A stretch of DNA of 64,000 nt, taken from NCBI GenBank assembly GCA_026396515.1, contig JAPLWQ010000003.1, forward strand, positions 163,569-227,568. The letters are read 5' to 3'. Both the position numbers and the translations under genes were made by a program. The DNA comes from Candidatus Magasanikiibacteriota bacterium (GTDB lineage: Bacteria > Patescibacteriota > Patescibacteriia > Magasanikbacterales > GWA2-37-8). Below, piece after piece: positions 59,383 through 64,000 of this stretch. A model generated the notes under the pieces. That model was not told the origin of the DNA and did not search any database. It saw only the letters and a program-made list of their open reading frames with translations. Position 1 is the first letter of the stretch; every line of letters begins with the position of its first letter.

Positions 59383-60474
59383 ATGAAGATATTAGTCTGT
59401 GGCGGCGCCGGGTTTATCGGCTCAAATTTCATCCATCATATTCTGGAAAAGCATCCGCATTATGAGGTGGTGAATTATGACAAGCTAACCTACGCCGGGA
59501 ACCTGGACAATTTAAAAGATATTGAGAATAAATTGGAATATTCGACCCGGTACACCTTTATTAAAGGTGATATTTGCGATTACAAACTTTTGGCCGAGGT
59601 TGTTGAAAAGTATAAAATTGATCACGTAATAAATTTTGCCGCGGAAACTCATGTTGATAGGTCAATTTTTGGAGATTGCTCGGACTTTGTTATGACCAAC
59701 ACCTACGGCGTTCTAATGTTGTGTAATTTAGTGCGTTATTTTGGTCTGCAAAAATTTGTTAATGTTTCAACCGATGAAGTCTATGGAACCCTTGGCCTTA
59801 ATGATGAGCGCCGTTTTACCGAGCTAACTCCGATCGAACCGAATATGCCATATGCGGCGGCAAAAGCCGGTGGCGATATGATTTGTCGATCGTATTTTGT
59901 AACCCACAAAATTCCGGTAGTGGTGACGCACTGCTCCAACAATTACGGTCCGTATCAACATCCGGAGAAACTGATACCGTCGTCAATTTTCAGATTATTA
60001 AAAAATAAGCCGATATTGCTTCACGGATCCGGCGTTAATGTGAGAGACTGGATATATGTGCGCGATCATTGTGCCGCGCTCGACCTGATGCTCCACGAGG
60101 GCAAGCCGGGCGAGATATATAATGTCGGGGTTGACAATGAACGCAATAATTTGGAGATTTCGAAAATGATTTTGTCGCTAATGAACAAATCCGAGAATAT
60201 GATTGAGTTTGTTGAAGACCGGCCGGGAAATGACTTGCGCTATGCAATTGATGCCGCTAAATTGGAGGCACTGGGATGGAAACCTATTTATGATCGCGGC
60301 CAATTTGAAATCGGAATGTCGGAAACGATTAACTGGTATTTGACTCACCGCGATTGGGTTGAGGCACTATGGTCAAAGCACGAGGACGCTTACAAAATCA
60401 ACCACGCCCCGACCAGAGAGAAGCGGGAAAAATCACATGATGAAAAAATCGAGTCGGGTGAAAAAATTATTTAA
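59383..60474 (+). CDS. rfbB: dTDP-glucose 4,6-dehydratase
   Basis: MKILVCGGAGFIGSNF. Catalytic region ...DEVYG... and PYAAAKAGGD (YxxxK). 363 aa. Confidence 0.9.
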   Translation: MKILVCGGAGFIGSNFIHHILEKHPHYEVVNYDKLTYAGNLDNLKDIENKLEYSTRYTFIKGDICDYKLLAEVVEKYKIDHVINFAAETHVDRSIFGDCSDFVMTNTYGVLMLCNLVRYFGLQKFVNVSTDEVYGTLGLNDERRFTELTPIEPNMPYAAAKAGGDMICRSYFVTHKIPVVVTHCSNNYGPYQHPEKLIPSSIFRLLKNKPILLHGSGVNVRDWIYVRDHCAALDLMLHEGKPGEIYNVGVDNERNNLEISKMILSLMNKSENMIEFVEDRPGNDLRYAIDAAKLEALGWKPIYDRGQFEIGMSETINWYLTHRDWVEALWSKHEDAYKINHAPTREKREKSHDEKIESGEKII

Positions 60475-60483
60475 TATCATAAT

Positions 60484-60888
60484 ATGCAATTGGATTTCAA
60501 AAGAATGTCATTAAAATTGGTGGTGAACGAGAGGGCGACGTACAGCTTTGCCGAACTTAAAGAATTTGTCGATTTTGAGGTAAAAAGAATCTATTTTATT
60601 CAGAATTGCAAGCAGGCCACTAACCAGCATTGTCATAAGGAAGAAAAAGAGTTGTTTGTTATGGCTAAGGGGATGTGCACTGCGATTATTGACCGCGGAA
60701 ACGGCAAGGAAGAAATAGCATTAGTATCTCCTGGAGATGCCATATATGTGGGAAATTATGTGTGGCACGGTTATAAGGATTTTAGCGACGACGCAGTTTT
60801 GCTCGCCGTATCGTCCACCAATTACCGTGAAGACAGGAGCGACTATATTGAAGATTACGAAGAGTACAAAAAAGTAATTGCAGCATAA
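60484..60888 (+). CDS. Small RmlC-like cupin (FdtA/WxcM-type dTDP-sugar 3,4-ketoisomerase-like)
   Basis: 134-aa cupin between rmlB and rmlD. Conserved His in HGYKDF context. Confidence 0.45.
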   Translation: MQLDFKRMSLKLVVNERATYSFAELKEFVDFEVKRIYFIQNCKQATNQHCHKEEKELFVMAKGMCTAIIDRGNGKEEIALVSPGDAIYVGNYVWHGYKDFSDDAVLLAVSSTNYREDRSDYIEDYEEYKKVIAA

Positions 60889-60890
60889 TT

Positions 60891-61757
60891 ATGAACGAAA
60901 AAGTATTGATTCTCGGAGCGAAGGGGATGCTTGGCCAGGAGCTGGTAAAGATTTTTAGTAAAAATGATTTTGATGTAGTTGCCTGGGACAAGGCAGAACT
61001 TGATTTATCAACTAACAATTTTTCTGAAAACATTGTCGCCTTAAAACCCGCAATTATTATTAATGCTTCGGGATATAATAAAGTTGACATGGCTGAAACA
61101 GATGATGCTGAAAAAAAACTTGCCTTTGTGGTCAATGCGGAGGCTCCTAAAATTTTGGCTGAAACAGCGAAGAGCATCGGAGCGATTTTCGTCAATTATT
61201 CAACCGACTTCGTCTTTGATGGCGTGAAAGCAGGGGGTTATACGGAGACAGACACGCCAAATCCGCTCAGTGTCTATGGAGAGACAAAGTATCTCGGAGA
61301 AAAAAATGTCGAGAGCGTAGGGGGAGAGTATTATATTATTCGTCCGGCAAGAATTTTTGGCAGACAGGGGAGCGGGGACGGTAAAAAAAGTTTTGTGCAA
61401 ATAATGTTGGAGAAGAGCGACCTGCCAGAAGTAAAAGTGGTAAGCGACGAGCGTGGCAGTATTACCTATGCGCCCGACCTGGCTCAATTCACATTCGACC
61501 TGATAAGCCATAAGGCAAAGCCCGGGATCTACCACGGCGCCAATTCCGGTTCATGCAGTTGGTTTGAATGGGCCGAAGAAATATTCAGATTAATAGGGAA
61601 GAGTCCGAAATTAATACCCATTTCTTCGTCAGAGTTTAATAACCCGGCTAAGCGGCCAGTTGATTCAACGCTGGTCAACACAAAAACCGCGTTGCAGAAA
61701 CCATGGGGTGATGCTCTGCGCGAATTTATTGCGGACTATACCGCAAATCAAAAATAA
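60891..61757 (+). CDS. rfbD: dTDP-4-dehydrorhamnose reductase
   Basis: ILGAKGMLGQ Rossmann. TDFVFDG...YGETKYLGE catalytic YxxxK. 288 aa. Confidence 0.85.
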   Translation: MNEKVLILGAKGMLGQELVKIFSKNDFDVVAWDKAELDLSTNNFSENIVALKPAIIINASGYNKVDMAETDDAEKKLAFVVNAEAPKILAETAKSIGAIFVNYSTDFVFDGVKAGGYTETDTPNPLSVYGETKYLGEKNVESVGGEYYIIRPARIFGRQGSGDGKKSFVQIMLEKSDLPEVKVVSDERGSITYAPDLAQFTFDLISHKAKPGIYHGANSGSCSWFEWAEEIFRLIGKSPKLIPISSSEFNNPAKRPVDSTLVNTKTALQKPWGDALREFIADYTANQK

Positions 61758-61772
61758 CATTACTTAAATATT

Positions 61773-62390
61773 TTGATTGATTTTATGAATATTGATTTCA
61801 AAAACGTAGGTAAGCATTACGCGTCCCGTACAAACGGGAAAATGAAAGAGGTACTAATGAATCCTGATGCTGTCGGCCCGGATATCCATTATTACATGAT
61901 ACGCGGCGGTAAAGAACAAAAAAATATTACTGTTTGGGAACCTGGTACAGTTGGCGGAGAATATATAAAAACTTACGGGCATTATCATGTCGGCAAGTTA
62001 GATGAAACTTACTGGATATTATTCGGAGAGGGAGTGGTGATAACGCAAAAATTGGCTATTGATGAAAAGGGGAGCCCGATAGCGGATGTTGTCGATGAGT
62101 TTAAAGCCATCAAAGTGAAGCAAGGGGATAGCGTCTATATGCCCACCGGTTTTGGGCACCTAGTTGCAAATATCGGCACAACCTACCTGGTTACCGCTGA
62201 TGATAGCCCGGTTGATTTTGAAGAGCGCGACCCGGTCAGTTTGCCAGGGCACGCAGATTATGAATTGGTAAAACAGATGAGAGGGTTTGTATATTATGTG
62301 ATAGAACATAACGGAGCTCCCGCGCTGGTGAAGAATAAATTGTATACAGAGATTAAGATTGAGGACTTGGGCGGATTGGAAATTGTATGA
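61773..62390 (+). CDS. Cupin-type phosphoglucose isomerase (archaeal-type cPGI)
   Basis: Signature GxEYIKTYGHYH(x)nETYWILFGEG. This matches the cPGI TxGHxH...ExY metal-binding motif. Confidence 0.55.
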   Translation: MIDFMNIDFKNVGKHYASRTNGKMKEVLMNPDAVGPDIHYYMIRGGKEQKNITVWEPGTVGGEYIKTYGHYHVGKLDETYWILFGEGVVITQKLAIDEKGSPIADVVDEFKAIKVKQGDSVYMPTGFGHLVANIGTTYLVTADDSPVDFEERDPVSLPGHADYELVKQMRGFVYYVIEHNGAPALVKNKLYTEIKIEDLGGLEIV

Positions 62391-62393
62391 TAA

Positions 62394-62425
62394 TAAAAAA
62401 AAATCGCCATGAGGCGATTTTTTAA
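62394..62425 (+). terminator. Rho-independent terminator for the rml/cPGI operon
   Basis: A9-atcgcc-atga-ggcgat-T6. Confidence 0.8.
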
Positions 62426-62438
62426 TTAAATTATTTAT

Positions 62439-62468
62439 AAAAAAATGCCCCCAGGAGTGGGGGCTAAA
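62439..62468 (-). terminator. Rho-independent terminator for the HD gene (minus strand reads agcccccac-tcc-tgggggc-atttttt)
   Basis: Direct reading. Confidence 0.75.
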
Positions 62469-62498
62469 GAATTTCTATCTCGAAGTCAGTGGGGGGGG

Positions 62499-63236
62499 TT
62501 ACAGGAGGTTCTTCTTCTCCTGCAGATTCAGGTAGGTCTCGACGATAACGCGGTACATGGCGAGACGCGGTTCGCTCCAGTCATTCATGTAGCGGTCGCT
62601 GAGCAGGTGCCGAACCGGCGCAATGATGTGCGCGGTGGCGCAGTAGTTGTAGGATAGATGCGCGACTAGACTGTCGTTCTTGTAGACGTTCATCATCTCC
62701 GGCGTGCAGCCGTTGATCATTAGCTCGCGCAGATGATCGGCCGTATAGTTGTCCGACAGGATCGGTTTGCCCTTTAGCGCCAACGCGGCTCGAGCCGCGC
62801 CGTCCGGACTTGCGGCGTCCGCGTGGTCGCAGACGCACAGCAGGCCGAGCAAGACCTCTTTCAGGTCTTTCGCCTCGTTGATGCCGATGGCGCGCAGGCC
62901 GCGGCTGTGGTGCGTGACGGCGAAGTGCACCGCCTCGTACTCGTCCGTGGTCAGATCCTCGAGAGTTATCTGCCGGAACACCTCCGCGGACACCATGGCG
63001 TGATCGCGCGTCTTGTCGATGGCCCGACCGATGTCGTGGATGTCGACCGCTGCGTGCAAACACCTGATGACCCGCGAGTCCTTGACCTGCACGTCGAAGA
63101 TGTTGTTGCAGACCTCGCGGACGTGGCGCATGTGCCGCATTCCATGGATCAGTTCATCCGCAAGTCCCGCTTCGAGGTACTTTTCGGAAACATAACTCCA
63201 GATCTGATCGGCCATTTTGATCTCTTCTATCTGCAC
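62499..63236 (-). CDS. HD-domain metal-dependent phosphohydrolase in GC-rich cassette 3
   Basis: H...HD...H...D motif (HGMRHMRH, AAVDIHDIGR, VTHH, CDHAD). About 60% G+C. GTG start preceded by AAGGAGGT. Confidence 0.75.
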   Translation of the reverse strand: MQIEEIKMADQIWSYVSEKYLEAGLADELIHGMRHMRHVREVCNNIFDVQVKDSRVIRCLHAAVDIHDIGRAIDKTRDHAMVSAEVFRQITLEDLTTDEYEAVHFAVTHHSRGLRAIGINEAKDLKEVLLGLLCVCDHADAASPDGAARAALALKGKPILSDNYTADHLRELMINGCTPEMMNVYKNDSLVAHLSYNYCATAHIIAPVRHLLSDRYMNDWSEPRLAMYRVIVETYLNLQEKKNLL

Positions 63237-63423
63237 GTGACCTCCTTGCCACTGTTTAAGTGGACTTTTTTGTGAACAGCCCTGTGGGGCCGTAGTTGAA
63301 TGAGCATGGAATTGGATATTTTACAAAAATATCGACAGTTATTCATAGCATAGATTAGCTGATTCGTCAAGGTTGTATCGGGTAAGTGAGGACTTTTGCT
63401 ACTCGGCCCCACCCATCCAAAAC

Positions 63424-63449
63424 AAAAAAACGCCTGACGGCGTTTTTTG
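63424..63449. terminator. Bidirectional hairpin (A7-cgcc-tgac-ggcg-T6) immediately 3' of the tRNA-Pro pair
   Basis: Direct reading. Confidence 0.7.
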
Positions 63450-63454
63450 TTTAG

Positions 63455-63528
63455 TCGGGGTGACAGGACTTGAACCTGCGACCTCATCGTCCCGAACGAT
63501 GCGCTCTAGCCAACTGAGCTACACCCCG
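63455..63528 (-). tRNA. tRNA-Pro (anticodon CGG)
   Basis: Manual fold of the reverse complement. Acceptor CGGGGTG/CACCCCG, anticodon stem CATCG/CGATG with loop TTCGGGA, T-arm GCAGG-TTCAAGT-CCTGT. No encoded CCA. Confidence 0.85.
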
Positions 63529-63583
63529 AAAATTGGATTGATTATATTACTGGATGGACAAAAAGTCAATGTAATTCACAAAG

Positions 63584-63657
63584 TCGGGGATACAGGACTT
63601 GAACCTGCGGCCTCATGCACCCCATGCATGCGCTCTAGCCAACTGAGCTAATCCCCG
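63584..63657 (-). tRNA. tRNA-Pro (anticodon GGG)
   Basis: Manual fold. Acceptor CGGGGAT/ATCCCCG, anticodon stem CATGC/GCATG with loop ATGGGGT. The T-arm is identical to the neighbouring tRNA-Pro. Confidence 0.85.
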
Positions 63658-63659
63658 AA

Positions 63660-63735
63660 TTGCGCCATATTATCACAATTTCTATTACTTTTCAATAGAG
63701 AAAAATTGTGATATAATATTCCCAAATATTACCCC
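63660..63735. promoter_or_regulatory. Divergent promoter region containing a 10-bp inverted repeat (atcacaattt ... aaattgtgat). Minus strand has TTGAAA-17-TAATAT for the tRNA-Pro pair. Plus strand has TGtGATATAAT for pilT.
   Basis: Direct reading of both strands. Confidence 0.5.
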
Positions 63736-63740
63736 TTTTT

Positions 63741-64000
63741 ATGATAGATATAAACAACTTATTTAAGCAGGCAATTAAGAGTGGCGCCTCAGATATACAC
63801 CTTGTTGGTGCGGAAAAGCCGATGTTGCGGCTTCATGGCGAGTTGGCTGAACTCGACAATATTCCACTGCAAGATACGGAGTTAAGACGTTCCATTTTGG
63901 CTATCTTGTCGCCTGCCCAGCGAGATCAATATGAATCAGAAAAGGAGCTGGATTTTGCCTATGAAGTCAGCGGAGTCAGATTTCGTGTAAATCTTCATCA
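63741..64000 (+). CDS. pilT: Type IV pilus retraction ATPase PilT-like (3'-partial)
   Basis: The N-terminus MIDINNLFKQAIKSGASDIHLVGAEKPMLRLHGEL matches the PilT/PilU N-domain. Runs off the window end. Confidence 0.7.
   Translation, partial: MIDINNLFKQAIKSGASDIHLVGAEKPMLRLHGELAELDNIPLQDTELRRSILAILSPAQRDQYESEKELDFAYEVSGVRFRVNLH

Noticed and set aside
62581-63275. Long overlapping ORFs (62581-63063 minus, 62749-63003 plus, 62823-63275 plus) in the HD-gene region
   Set aside because: Same GC-artefact signature (Arg/Gly/His runs). The HD frame carries the H-HD-H-D motif and an SD.
1-64000. Searched for CRISPR arrays, rRNA genes, transposase or integrase genes, and group I/II intron signatures
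   Set aside because: No regularly spaced direct repeats, no rRNA-like conserved stretches and no DDE/tyrosine-recombinase-like ORFs were recognised. The GC-rich cassettes encode no mobility genes.

Overview
This is an AT-rich (about 35-42% G+C by eye), gene-dense bacterial window with short intergenic regions and many rho-independent terminators. The gene content suggests a reduced-genome Patescibacteria/CPR-like organism, which is an inference from content, not a database result.

The content is mostly core housekeeping:
- a CIRCE-regulated hrcA-grpE-dnaK-dnaJ operon;
- gatC-gatA, lgt, a cyclophilin, pgsA-like, yidC, murA, ctpA, era, rplI and pyrG;
- recJ, lepA and murJ;
- a reduced division/cell-wall cluster, mraZ-rsmH-ftsL...ftsW;
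- two large surface-glycan loci. One carries a WbaP-like sugar transferase, an epimerase, GT2, GT4 and a methyltransferase. The other carries four GT2 genes plus rmlB, an FdtA-like cupin, rmlD and a cupin-type PGI;
- a giant multi-PAS histidine kinase with an orphan receiver;
- three tRNAs: Ser-GGA, Pro-CGG and Pro-GGG.

The most unusual points are these:
1. Three short, strongly G+C-rich (about 58-62%) gene cassettes sit in the AT-rich background. Each is monocistronic with a consensus promoter, a strong SD and its own terminator. Two abut tRNA 3' ends, and one has a possible degenerate tRNA-Pro 3' direct repeat at its far edge.
2. A membrane-anchored ClpA/ClpC-like double-AAA+ protein has an N-terminal Cys4 zinc ribbon and a catalytically degenerate first ATPase module. 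It sits in the dcw cluster where ftsI and the mur genes would normally be.
3. A solo Cas4-like PD-(D/E)XK/Fe-S nuclease is embedded in the glycan locus.
4. A small membrane-peptide transcription unit lies upstream of hrcA.

There are also a tandem LOG-LOG fusion and a perfect 40-bp palindrome shared by the convergent dnaJ and rnhA stop codons. No CRISPR array, rRNA or recognisable transposase/integrase was found.
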